From Anthoceros angustus (Eukaryota > Plantae > Anthocerotophyta): 64,000 bases of DNA. The notes under the pieces were generated by a model. The model saw nothing but the letters and a program-made list of their open reading frames with translations, was not told the origin of the DNA and did no database searches. The stretch's first letter is position 1; the number at the start of each line of letters is the position of its first letter. Location: positions 1-64,000 of the forward strand of contig VJWM01000205.1 of assembly GCA_010909165.1 (NCBI GenBank), given 5' to 3'. A program made the translations under genes and the position numbers. Of this stretch, positions 49,761-63,200 are shown in pieces.

Positions 49761-50369
49761 ATACAAAACGGCGACTAGCGCAGGGGAGGCGGCTTCTTCG
49801 GCGACGGTAGTAGGTACGCCCTTTCTTATCCCCGATCACGAGATTCTGAGGGCAGTAGGTAGTTTTGAGAAAAGCGATCGCGAGAGTTATTCCCCCTTGG
49901 CCTGGTGCCCTTTGATGGGTTGACCCCTTTTTTTTTCGGTGTAGATGGTGTTTTTTCCATCTCTTTGCTTTCTACATAAAGTCTCTCCATTCAATTAAAA
50001 ATTGGAAGATGGTTCACTGCTTTTTCTCATTCATTCCCTTCCTTCTAAATGAAATCCTGCCTTGGTCCTCGCAAGTGTGCTAAGCCTTACCATGATCGCA
50101 GGAATGGGGTTGGTCTCCCCCTTTTTTGTATTGTATGTTTCTTCACGCAATTGGGCGGCCTCTAGGTAAGAGTGCCAATGTGCGGGTTCTTCTGAGTAAA
50201 ATCCTGTCCTCGTCTGTAGGGCTGCCTATTATAAGAGTGTCATCCTCTTCTTCTGGAGGAGTGTTTGAGGAGGAAACCTTCTCTCTCCAAACGTCCTTGA
50301 GGCAAGCTAGGGACATGTTATCAGTGGATGCTCGTAAGGACTTCCCTCCTTTCTCGACATTTATTATTG

Positions 50370-50600
50370 ATGGTTTCAGGGGTTGCATCCCCGCCGAGAA
50401 GCCTTGGCCAGGCTTTCATGTCCTCCAGACCCTCCATCCCAGTCCACAAGAGCGCCCGCTCTTGTTGGAAAAGGGCGCAGGTGCTTGGCTATTGGCCCAC
50501 CCATGCATACGGGGTTTTCACATCGCACCAACCACCTTCATTACTGCGATGCGATTCCGTCTTGGCCTGCTCCAGCCTGTGGCTTCTTTGCTAACATGGT
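50370..50600 (+). mobile_element. Fragment of an RLE-type (CRE-like) non-LTR retrotransposon: post-RT region
   Basis: LLLEKGAGAWLLAHPCIRGFHIAPTTFITAMRFRLGL matches the GAWL..P.....F..A+R.RLG motif of CRE-like elements. Ends abruptly at ~50600. Confidence 0.55.
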
Positions 50601-51683
50601 AATTCTGTAAGGAGGTTAATATGCACCATGGGGGTTTTCTACCTTTTATTCGGCAATGAGGGTTTCCAATGGGTCTCCATTTAGGGTTTTGAATCGTGTG
50701 GTCCAAAAATGCCTCAAAAAATAGGGTGTTCATCTGCGTGCACACAAATTTCGTGTATCGATGTAGGAGGCAAAGGGTTTGATAACCCCTCATACATCCA
50801 TTTGGCTCCATTTCGGACCCGTATGGGACGTCCGTTTGTGCAGGTGATGATGAAGACCGATGAGCAAAACCCGCAACTCAAAAACATGGTGCGCGGTCCT
50901 TTTTCCATTAAGTACAACTCTCGCCGTAAGTACAATGGTCCAGGGTCAATGTGGGGCCCTTGTTTTCTGGAAAACACAATTCTAATGCTGCTGTTTAAAG
51001 AGGGCGCCGGCCAACCGACGCCCTCTTCACTCCTCGTCCATGGACACCCATTGACGCTGGTTACTTGTCGCCCCCATTGTACACGAGGAAGAGAAATAGT
51101 GTTCCCCACGTGCTGGGGTGAACCGTAACATGTAGAGAAGTCATGCACTGAGACAGGTCACTTAGGACTGGCCTATGGAAATACAAACAACGTTCTGGTT
51201 TGGTTAACGCTTCATCTGCAATGCGTGTTGCAGATTAACACCATCTTCCGTCGATGTCTCCTCGTATGGAATTGAGGGTCTACGGCCGAAGGCTGGTTTC
51301 CACGCTGCTCTTTGTAGTTCAATAATAATGACTAAACTTGGCCGAACACAACGGTTTTCTGGCTAAGTGTGGGCTGGGAAAAATAGCCTTGCACAGACAA
51401 TAACAGTATTTGGAGAATCTATTGAAACTTATGGAGAGGAAGGGAAGAAAAATCGTGTCCACATAAGACAAAACACCTTGGCACAGATGTTCATGTACTC
51501 CGTGCTCCGACGGCCATATCATCGCAAGGCTCGCATCACCACCACTATCTTCACTATCTTCCGGGCCACTTTGGGGTCATGGAAGTCACACCATTTAATT
51601 TTAGTCGATCGCCTTCTTGTCCACAAAGATATAAATGTTTGCGAGCATTCAAGTTGAAACCATAATATATGATCACGTTTTGT

Positions 51684-54600
51684 TCACAAAAACCTTTGTA
51701 CGCTTTTGTGCAAATTAGCTTTCCTCCTTTTTCCCGGTTTGTCACGCTGGGTCCCTTCATGTCGGATTATAAATTCTTCAACATACCTTCCTTCATACGC
51801 ATCTGTGTGCTCAGTCATGTACCAATGAACGACAAAGTGAGGATCTGGTGCATCTAAGTGAACATCAATGACCCCGCCAATCCAAAACGGCCTGCTCACT
51901 GGTGGTGGACCGCAATGAACATGTCTTTCCTTATTTCCGAAATGTCACCATTCAACCGTGCAGTTTCTTGTTCTTGTCTAACAACGGTTTGATATGCACC
52001 AAGGTACATATCCCGTTGGGGAAGGTCCCTGAGTAAAGCCTCCTCTAGCAACGCCTCATCAGGCACGTGAAGAAGCTCGGCTGTTTCTTCCACTTCAGTC
52101 CGCGAAAACCACTTCCATGCGTCTTGGAGTGCGAGCCCTATATTATTCTCCACAATAACAGCGATCTCCTCTTGGTCCACCCAAAATTCTTCCCACCATT
52201 TATATTCCTCTGCAGTGACATATGGTCTAAGCGCCGAGAGGCCCTCCTTCAAGTGAGCCACACCTTCGGTTGGGGATAACCCTGACGACGTGCCTTTCTT
52301 ATCACGGGCACGAAGGGATGCGGCGGCGGTTACGTCACGGATGGGACAAACTTCAAAAACTCCAAACCGGCTTCCGCTTCCCATTGTGGCGATGTCGAAT
52401 ATTGTTTGCTTCTAATGACCGCCAATCCAAAACGGCCTGTTGTCAGTGGTGGACCGCAATGAACATGTCTTTCCTTATTTCCAAATGTCACCATTCAACC
52501 GCAGCTTGTTCTTGTCTAACAACGGTTTGATATGCACCAAGGTACATATCCTGCTGGGGAAGGTCCCCGAGTAAAGCCTCCTCTAGCAACGCCTCATCGT
52601 GCACGTGAAGAACCTCTTTCTTCAACTTCGCAAAACCACTTCCATGCGTCTTGGAGTGCGAGCCCTATATTATTCTCCACAATAACAACGATCTCCTCTT
52701 GGTCCACCCAAAATTCTTCCCACCATTTATATTCCTCTCAGGACATATGGTCTAAGCGCCGAGAGGCCCTCCTTCAAGTGAGCCACACCTCGGTTGGGGA
52801 TAACCGACGATGTGCCTTTCTTATCACGGCACGAAGGGATGTCACCGGGCGGTTACGTCACCGGATGGGACAAACTTCAAAACTCCAAACCGGCTTCCGC
52901 TTTCCCATTGTGGCGATGTCGAATATTGTTTGCTTCTAATGATCACAAGGCCACTCGTTTTTTCTTCTCTTGTAATTTTGAACTGTGCCGGAATGATAGG
53001 TTGTTCAATTCGCACTCAGCCGTGCTTGGCGCCCATCCCCTTGTCGAACGGCCAAACATAGGAGCGGAAGTCTGGAACCTCCGTTAATACCTTCACCGTG
53101 TTGGAGTGTACGCCTTTTCAAAATTGCCGCCAATGCGGGAGAGTATGAGCTTCCTGTTCAAGCTCTTTGAAAACATGAAAACATTTGGTCAATTTGATCA
53201 TGAGTATGTCCAACGAGAAGAAACCCCACCTTTACTTTCTCAAAAGTTCCCATATCCACTAACATGTTCGGATATGCAAAAGAAGTTGATTCTTGTTCTC
53301 TCGACAAGTGTTGTCCAATTGCAAGTATAAAACCTTCTAATACTCCTCGTAGTTGTGTATCACATCCTATAATGTTGATAGTCAAATTGGCGCTTTCTCA
53401 AATTTGCGTAATGCAAGAAGGCCCTCGCTTTATACGTGTAGTTGTGAATCATACACCCAACTACGTGATGAGATGGGACTCCTCATCCGTGTTCTTCTAC
53501 CACCTCAAAAGTGTGGTACCTCGCTTTTCGTCCATCCCATCTATAGATGTAATATGTACTTATGCGGATCTCGTAACTTTTGCTCTGTGTTTGGCCATCT
53601 TCGTCTGCTCGTTCCTCGTGCAAAAGACACGAGGCCCAACGACGATATTTCATCATTACAAAACAAGAACTTCATGGAGTCGGCCAAAATCCATTCTTTG
53701 CAAACACTCTAGTCATGCCCTCTCATTTATCATTACACATATACTTCACATGAGGGCTTTTTGGTGTAGGGGGAGCCAAGGTCAGACGTGGAGTTCCACC
53801 CAAGGTTTCCACGCTCCGCTGCGGCGCAGGACTCGCTCACCGCCACGCTGTGGCTGAGAGAGGAGGGGAGGAGGGGAGGAGGGGAGGAAGGAAGGAGGAG
53901 GAGGGGAGGAGGGGAGGAGGGGAGGAGGGGAGGAGGGGAGGAGGGGAGGAGGAGGAGGGGAGGAGGAGAGAGGACAAAGCTCTCCCTCGGCGCCACGATG
54001 CGGCTGAGAGAGGACAAAGCTCTCCCTCGGCGCCACGATGCGGCTGAGAGAGGACAAAGCTCTCCCTCGGCGCCACTCTCTTGTGATATAAGGGGCGCCG
54101 GCCGACTAACCAAACCTCCATCCAAGAAGGCGCCCAAACCTCCAAGCAAGACGGCACCGACACCTAGGACCAAGACGCCACGACAAACCGCAGTAGTTCA
54201 CACAAAAAGGTTAGAAAGGACAGATGTGAGGAACAAGAGTGCCCAGACCTTGATCGACCTTCCGTGTTGAGTTCCGTATAGTTGTCTTCAATCGCAAAGC
54301 GAGCATGTCGAGAACCGGTTTGACTTTGGGATCTTCACTCACTGTAGTTGCATTTCCATAGCTTTAAGAACCACGCGTAGGTGACATATCCGAGCCCCGA
54401 CCTTCGCACTCTCGTTTGTATAGCAACCATATTTCTAATTTTGTGTACGTGTCGGAAGATTGAAAACCTCCACATTTGGGAGCCTCTCACCATGTACATA
54501 AAAGTCACCATCCAAGCTATGGCCCCTAGCGCATGCGGAGATGGGTTTGTTCGAAACCATCCACGGTGAGTTCAAGAACTCTAGCCTTCAACTCCTCATA

Positions 54601-56950
54601 CCGATGTGTCCCACACAATAAACCCTTAAAGCCTTGAGACAACATCGTGTCGGAACACTCCCATAACATGAGTGACAACTTTTCCTTTATCATTGGTCCT
54701 TGGTCGCGATGGACTAGAGATCAAGGAATGTCTCCGCTCTTGTCGCACATTCTAATGAATCTATACCGCTCGAAATCTTTCTTTCACACAAGCACATCCG
54801 ACAAGTGTTGTCCAATTGCAAGTATAAAACCTTCTAATACTCCTCGTAGTTGTGTATCACATCGTGTTGATAGTCAAATTGGCGCTTTTCTCAAATTTGC
54901 GTAATGCAAGAAGGCCCTCGCTTTATACGTGTAGTTGTGAATCATACACCCAACTACGTGAGAGATCGGGACTCCTCATCCGTGTTCTTGACCACCTCAA
55001 AAGTGTGGTACCTCGCTTTTCTTGGTCCATCCCATCTATAGACGTACTTATGCGGATCTCGTAACTTTTGCTCTGTGTTTGGCCATCTTCGTCTGCTCCT
55101 CGTGCGACACGAGGCGCCCAACGACGATATTTCATCACATAAAACAAGAACTTCATGGAGTCGGCCAAAATCCATTCTTTGCAAACACTCTAGTCATGCC
55201 CTCTCATTTATCATTACACATATACTTCACATGAGGGGGGATTTTGGTGTAGGGGGAGGAGGGAGGAAGGAGGAGGGGAGGAAGGAAGGAAGGAAGGAAG
55301 GAGGGAGGAAGGAGGGAGGAGGGAGGAGGGGAGGAAGGAGGAGGAGGGGAGGAGGAGGAGGAGGAGGGAGGAGGAGGAGAGAGGACAAAGCTCTCCCTCG
55401 GCGCCACGATGCGGCTGAGAGAGGACAAAGCTCTCCCTCGGCGCCACTCTCTTGTGATATAAGGGGCGCCCGGCTTAACCAAACCTCCATCCGATGCGCC
55501 CAAACCTCCAAGCAAGACGGCACCGACACCTAGGACCAGACAAACCGCAGTAGTTCACACAAAAAGGTTAGAAAGGACAGCATGCGGAGGAACAAGAGTG
55601 CCCAGATACCTTGATCGACCTTCCGTGTTGAGTTCCGTATAGTTGTCTTCAATCGCTGCACCAAGCGAGCATGTCGAGAACCGGTTTGACTTTGGGATCT
55701 TCACTCAGTAGTTGCATTTCCATAGCTTTAAGAACCACGCGTAGGTGACATATCGAGCCCCGACCTTCGCACTCTCGTTTGTATAGCAACCATATTTCTA
55801 ATTTTGTGTACGTGTCGGAAGATTGAAAACCTCCACATTTGGGAGCCTCTCACCATGTACATAAAAGTCGTCCATCCAAGCTATGGCCCCTAGCGCATGC
55901 GAGACTGATGGGGTTTGTTCGAAACCATCCACGGTGAGTTCAAGAACTCTAGCCTTCAACTCCTCATACCGATGTGTCCCACACAATAAACCCTTAAAGC
56001 CTTGAGACAACATCGTGTCGGAACACTCCCATAACATGAGTGACAACTTTTCCTTTATCATTGGTCCTTGGTCGCGATGGACTAGAGATCAAGGAATGTC
56101 TCCGCTCTTGTCTCGCACATTCTAATGAATCTATACCGCTCGAAATCTTTCTTTCACACAAGCACATCCGATTGCAACAAGGTTTTAGTCACCGACACAA
56201 TGTCCACTTCACTCTTCCTCAACGACACGGCCCGCTCTGACATAACGACGCAGTCCTTTGACGCCTGCAATGTCTCGCTCAAAGGTTTCGTGAAACGATC
56301 TTTGCACATCATCCTCCGGAGGTGATTGGAAGTCTCTGGGACCTCTATCGGACGACCGTCTAGCTCCTCGGGACCGGTATGTTTGCCTACCCATACCCAT
56401 CGCCATGAACAAGCCACGGCAATCATGCGAACATCAGCGCCCTTCAACCCCAACTCTCCTCACCGGAGGGCTGCCGTCTATGGTGCATACAAGTTCGATT
56501 TCTTGGCCATCGGAACACCATGCGGCATACTTGGCGAAGACAATTCCGACGGCGTCTTTCCCCGCACAAGTGACATCCACTCGACTTCCCACAATGTGCT
56601 ATAACGGACTCTTCACCAAGCCCCATAACACACTAACCTTGCGGAGGATGGCGAGGCGAGGTGGCGGAGGGTTCAAAGATCAAGCCTCCTCGCCTTTTCC
56701 GGGAGTCCGCAGCCTCAAGTATCGGAGGGTTCTTCTACATAAGCCGATGCTGCGTGCAAATGTGCATTGCCGGGTTAACAGCTGGTGATAGCACAAATGA
56801 ATCGACATGACACGCACTTTCCACTCACGTCCTCCATATCGTGTGTGTCGCGCAACATTGCTGAGTCGGCCGACAAGTCCCGCTAGACTCCTTGCAAAGA
56901 GAAATGGTTGGTAAGTGTGGTTTGCGTCGAGCCAACTTAGTACCCACGCC
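51684..56950 (-). mobile_element. DUF7869/Sola-like DDE transposase gene, frameshifted, with two internal tandem duplications
   Basis: Reconstructed across frames, in order: Cys-rich N-terminus, AIAWMDDFY.HGERLPN, WFLKLWK..VKIPKSNRFSTC, SIDGMDQ, LQLDNTCRENKN, VKVGFLLVGHTHDQIDQMFS, and C-terminal RPFWIGGVIDV..FVVHWY..YEGRY. This is the full motif order of this transposase family. Confidence 0.8.
53807..54076 (+). repeat. Patch of SUVR linker sequence (48198-48218 + 48312-48460) wrapped around a GGA-rich tract; shorter patch at 55377-55447
   Basis: TTCCACGCTCCGCTGCGGCG, CAGGACTC(C)GCTCACCGCCACGCTGTGGCTGAGAGAGG and ACAAAGCTCTCCCTCGGCGCCACGATGCGGCTGAGAG are near-identical to the SUVR exon. Confidence 0.85.
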
Positions 56951-57235
56951 ACGACGCGACTTCATTGCACATAACGGCGAGGAAATCCAATGAGGCGGAT
57001 ATCGCGGTCCGCCACGCTGGATAAGAATAAGAATTACCGAATCGATGGATAAGTCACGGTGTCATAAATACATGCATAGGAGAATAAGGTCCACTTAACT
57101 ACCAGCCTTTCACACGACATCGTGGTTTCTAACTTTGGTTAACGTGGTGGGTAACCCTAATCGTCCAGGGGTTAAGAGTCCTTATGGTAACGGTGTTCAC
57201 TGCTGCCTGCTGCGACGGCACGCCCACACCATGAG

Positions 57236-60200
57236 AGGCCTCCATCACTGTGTGTGGCGGCGTGTGAAGGAGGGACCTACGGTGTGCGCCCCTTTGCAAA
57301 GAGCGTGTTCCGTGTCAGCGGTGCACAAGGCATCCCGTATAAGGCGAGAACTCCACAATTTCCATTCAAGCCCAATTTGTGAGTGATGCAACTTTGTTTT
57401 CGTAGCTCAATTTCGCCTGGCGAACGATGGCAAGCGGAGCAAGAAGGATTTGGCGGATGCGGCCACCGACCTCCTCCCAAGCGGAGCAAGAAGGAGGAGG
57501 AGGAGGAGGAGGAGGAGGAGGAGGAGGAGGAGGAGGCGAGAGGTGGTGAGCAAGCCAAGGGTGGGCATGCATCGGGCAAGCGAAATCTTTCTTATCCCCG
57601 ATCACGAGATTCGAGGCGAGGTGGAAAGAGGGGAGCTGGAGTGAGAAGTCACAAAGCCCTGGCGGCCGCCCATTCCTTCGCCTTCACCTACGAGGAGGCT
57701 GTGATCATTCGCGCACCGGATCCTGTCCACTGCTGAGAAAGATTGGATGGTGACATGATGCGAGCCGAGGATGAGAACGCTCGACTCCACTATTGAAATT
57801 GTGGATCATGGGTTATAGGGAGCATTGCCTAACCAAAGAGCGAGGGCTGGATGGGTAGTATGGGCGACCACGGACATGGACGAGAAGAACCTTGTTCACG
57901 TTGTTTTGCACAACAAGGCCTCGGAGTTTGACGCAGTTGATTCAAGACCCTCAAATGTATAGGGCGTATGAGCTCGGTCCATGGGTTTCATGCTAAGAAA
58001 TGTGGTCCTCCCGAGCTTGTCGAGGTATTTCGGGAAGCAATGCGACAACCGAGTGTAAGCACAGAGTTGCCATTCACATGTAAATTTTTTTTTGTTGAGT
58101 TTGTGTCTCTGATGATGTGCTTACTCCTCTGATTTCCATCATGTTTGCTGTTTCGCAGCCACCCAGTAGGAAGAGCTCTTATCAGACTGTTGTGTGGAAA
58201 GGTGTCGGAGACTGTTGTGGCACAGGCACGTATTGTCCATGAGGAGAGCGAGAGAGCAGCTGAACAGGAATGAGGATGATGCAGATAGCCATGTACACCT
58301 GGATGCAGATAGTGAACTGGGACCATCCGACGAGGATGATGGCCCGATCCCAGATGTGCTGGGTCATTCAGATGGAGAAGGGTCGACCAAGATGAGGATA
58401 GGGATGCAGGACATCATGAACTTTGCGCTTGACCTTGTTCCTACCGTCATCGATGCGGATGATGTGGCGGGCGCCGGCCGGCGGCCCCAAGCGGATGGGG
58501 AAGACTGATGACCCCAAACCCAAACCGGTTTGTCCGATTTCCGTTGGGGAGATGGACTAGGCGCGGCGGCCGGTGGCGCTCGCACCGCGCAAGAAGGATT
58601 TGGCGGATGCGCGCGGTCACCGACCTCCTCCAAAAGTCCAAGGTGGAGAGTAGCGGCGGCTAGTGCACCGAGGGACGGAGGTCGGGAAGGCGATGTGGCG
58701 GCGTGTGAAGGAGGAGAGCGAGAGCAAGCCAAGGGTGGGCATGCATCGGGCGGCAAGCGAAATCCTAGCTCGACGCCCCGAAGGCGACAACGGTGGAAAG
58801 AGGGGAGCTGGAGTGAGAAGTCACAAAGCCCTGTGCCGGCCATTCCTTCGCCTTCACCTACGAGGAGGCTGTGATCATTCGGCGTCGAATGCTCGGATGG
58901 ATCCTGCCAACTTTGAGAAAGATTGGATGGTGACATGATGCGAGCCGAGGATGAGAACGCTCGGACTCCACTATTGAAATTGTGGATCATGGGTTATAGG
59001 GAGCATTGCCTAACCAAAGAGCGAGGGCTGGATGGGTAGTATGGGCGACTCGGACATGGACGAGAAGAACCGGTGTTCACGTTGTTTTGCACAACAAGGC
59101 CTCGGAGTTTGACGCAGTTGATTCAAGACCCTCAAATGTATAGGGCGTATGAGCTCGCGTCATGGGTTTCATGCTAAGAAATGTGGTCCTCCCGAGCTTG
59201 TCGAGGTATTTCGAAGCAATGCGAACCGAGTGTAAGCAGATATGCCATGGACATGTAAATTTTGTTTTGTTGAGTTTGTGTCTCGATGTGCTTTCTCCTC
59301 GATTTGCATCATGTTTCCTTCGCAGCCACCCAGTAGGAAGAGCTCTTATCATGTGGAAAAGGTGTGAGATGTTGTAGCACAGCACGTATTGTCTATGAGG
59401 AGAGCGAGAGAGCAGCAGAATGAGGATGATGATAGCCCAAAGATGCAGATAGTGAATCGGGACCATCCGACGAGGATGATGGCCCGATCCAGATGGGTCA
59501 TTCAGATGGAGAAGGGTCGACCAAGACGAGGATAGGGATGCAGGACATCATGAACTTTGCACTTTTTGTTCCTACCGTCCGCATCGATGCGGATGACAAT
59601 CGGGCGCCGGCCGGCCCCGCCTCGGATGGGGAAGACTGATGACCCCAAACCCAAACCGGTTTGTCCGATTTCCGTTGGGGAGATGGACTAGGCCGGCCGC
59701 CCGGTGCCCATCGCACTCGCCAAGAAGGAGGAGGCGGGCGCCGGCCGGCGCCGAGCGGAAGAGGAGCCAGGGCAATGATGTTGTGGAGCGAGGTGGAAAA
59801 CGAAAGACAGCACCTACGGATGTCTCTGCCCAGGGGCGATGGCGATGTGGCGGCGTAGTGGGAAGAAGAAGTCGAAGATGGAGGAAAAGGGGACCATCCG
59901 GAAAACATTGCCACTGCTCATGTTCTTCTGACGAGGAAAATGGAGGATGCTATCGAGATGCACCCTTTGACACAAATTCGGGACTCGGCTTACTCCAAGA
60001 AGGTGGTTCAGAAGCAGTTAGTGAAGTTGGAGAATTTGAAACCGGCATCCCATATTACACCGGATCATGAGATAAGGAGAGTGGACGAGGCATGGGCAAA
60101 TTATTTGGCTCGTGTAATATCGAAGGGAAGGATTGAGGAGGCGTGTTGCCTCTCCTTTGCATGATCGACCCACGAGTGTGACAACCTCGCAAGTTGGTGG

Positions 60201-63200
60201 AAAAGGTTCGAGCGAAGAAATATGTTATGGGGTTCTTGGTGGGAACCATACCTTTGCAGCCATGAAACATTTGGCAGATATATCTCCAGGAAAACACGCT
60301 TCCAATATGTGGAAGCTCATGTGTATGAGGTGACGGTGGCGGAAATGCAGTACCAGCAGACCTGTCGATGTCGACAAAGGAAGAAGATGTCCTTCATTGA
60401 GCGGTCGTACTTGAGGGACGAATTGCTTATTGCAGGCGAGATGATGTCCAGATGACCATGAATTGGAAATTCAACCTATACCGTGTATTGGGCTTGATTG
60501 AGGACGACGGAGGTCGGGAAGGCGATGTTTACAAGCGAATAAGGTGGACAATCGGACCCACATCTTATGCATTGCCAAACAGAGGGAAGGTTTGGGACAA
60601 CGTGGATCGAATATTTTCAAAATGGGAGGTGGAGAATTCGGGGCGGAAAACATGTTCTGCGAACAAGTAAGAAGGGCAAAGGCAAACGGAAGGTACAAGA
60701 GGAGGCTAAGGTTGTTGACACTGTATACGTGAAGCCGAAGGATATGCTAGCAAAGCCGTGGAAATCGTTCAAGGATTCCATGGAGAGTGCATCGTCTCAA
60801 TACTCGACGGAGAAGGTGTTGACAGGTATTATCGACCTAAAAGGTATGGATTACGGAAGAAGTTTCGTATTATACAAGTGGCTAGGGTTAAACACTTGGG
60901 TTGCTCATCATTCGAAGAGGTTAGGCTGGAATATCCTTTGCATTCGACGAAATGATAGCTCGGTTCGACGGCATTCATTTGGAAGGTGTGCCATACTACC
61001 CATCGTTTAATGATTCTCTCATATTTTCATTTGCAAACCCTAACGTTCTTGCGGCGGGCGAGGCCACTTCCACATGTGATGTGGGGACGGGTTTGCCAGG
61101 CGGCGGCCCATCTCCACTCCATAGAACTCAAGGCTTGAGGAGGCGTAGGCGCGCCTCCTCACTGAGATCTCAGTGCATAATGTTGCATTGCATGTATGCA
61201 CTTATACTCTTTTGCCCTGCAATTGAAGGATATAGACAACTTGCGAAAATGCGGAGGACTTTAAAATTTCATTTTCGAGATCAATAATTGGAAGAGTTTG
61301 GAAGACGGCAGTGATGGCGTATAGATCTTCATGAAGGGCTGCACATTTTCTTGTTCTGTGGTGAGAAGGAGGTTCATTACCAAGTGGAGCGAGGTGGAAA
61401 ACGAAGAGCACCTACGGATGTCTGGCCGACGGAGACCAGCAAAGGCGATGTGGCGTAGTGGGAAGAAGAAGTCAAGAGGAGGAGGGGAGGAAGGAGGGAC
61501 CATCCGGAAAACATTGCCACTGCTCATGTTATGACGAGGAAAGGCTGGAGGATGCTATCGAGATGCAGACCCGTTGACACAAATTCGGGACTCGGCTTAC
61601 TCCAAGAAGGTGGTTCAGGAAACAGTCTTAGTGAAGTTGGAGAATTTGAAACTAGCATCCCATATTACACCAGATGCGCAGATAAGGAGAGTGGACGAGG
61701 CATGGGCAAATTATTTGGCTTGTGTAATATCGAAGGGAAGGATTGAGGAGGGCGTGTTGCCTCTCCTTTGCATGATCGACCCCGACGAGTGTGACAACCT
61801 CAGGAAGTTGGACTGGAAAAGGTTCAGGGCGAAGAAATATGTTATGGGGGTTCTTGGTGGGAACCATACTTTTGCAGCCATGAAACATTTGGCAGATATA
61901 TCTCCGGAAAACACGCCCAATATGTGGAAGCTCATGTATTGTAATGAATGAAATGTAGCGCAATGCATCACACGATGTCAGACAAAAGGAAGAAGATGTC
62001 CTTCATTGAGCAGGTCAGGTACTTGAGAGACGAATTGCTTAGTGCTAAATGAGACGATGTCCAGATGACCATGAATTGGAAATTCAATCTATACCGAGTC
62101 TTGGGCTTGATTGAGGACGACGGAGGTCGGGAAGACGATGTGTACAAGCAGAATAAGGTGGACAATCGAACCCACATCTTATGCATTGCCAAACAATGGG
62201 GGAAGGTTTGGAAGAATGTGGATCGAATATTTTCAAAATGGGAGGCTGGAGAATTGCCGAGCAGAAAAACATGTTCTCGCCGAACAAGTAAGAAGGGCAA
62301 AGGCAAACGGAAGGTACAAGAGGAGGCTAAGGTTGTTGACATCGCACGTCAAGGATATGCTAGCAAAGCCGTGGAAATCGCTCCAAGGATTCCATGGAGA
62401 GTGCGGCCGGATACTCATGACGAGAAGGTGTTGTATTATCGACCTAAAAGGTATGGATTACGGAAGAAGTTTCATGTTATACAAGTGGCTATGGTAAAAC
62501 ACTTGGGCTGCTCATCATTCAAGAGGTTAGGTGGAATATCCTTTGCATTCGACCGAAATGATAGCTCGGTTCGACGGCATTGGGAAGGTGTGCCATACTA
62601 CCCATCGTTTAATTCTCTCATATGTCTGTTTCAAACCCTAACCTTCTTGCGCTGGCCGAGGCCACTTCCACATGTGATGTGGGGACCGAGCCTTCACGGG
62701 CCGGCCGCCTTCGATCCACTCCATAGAACTCAAGGGAGGCGCCGGCCGGCCTCACCATGCCTTTGAGATCTACGAGTGCATAATGTCATTGCATTGGTAT
62801 GCACTTATACTCTTTTGCCCTGCGAAGAATTGAAGGATATAGACAACTTGCAGAAAATGCCGGAGGACTTCAAAATTTCATTTTCGAGATCAATAATTGG
62901 AAGAGTTTGGAAGACGAGCTGCGGGCTGTATACAGATCTTCATGAAGGGCTGCACATTTTTACTGTTCCTGTGACTGAGAAGGAGGTTCATTACCAAGTG
63001 GAGAAGCGAGATATTCTGGAGATGCGGGGCTACCTTCGGGTGAGGAGGTACACACTATTAGTCATGGATGTGCCCAGGCTTTGATATTGGGCCTATGGAC
63101 AAACGGATGGATGCGACTATGTTGAGTACAATTTTCAACAGTTTTCATGAGAAAACCACCGGCGAAGACTTCCGCATGATTGTCATGCATGGAGTGGAGG

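Noticed and set aside
53733-55533. Poly-Pro/Ser/Gly/Arg ORFs in several frames
   Set aside because: Translation of GGA-rich low-complexity tracts and the SUVR patch, not independent genes.
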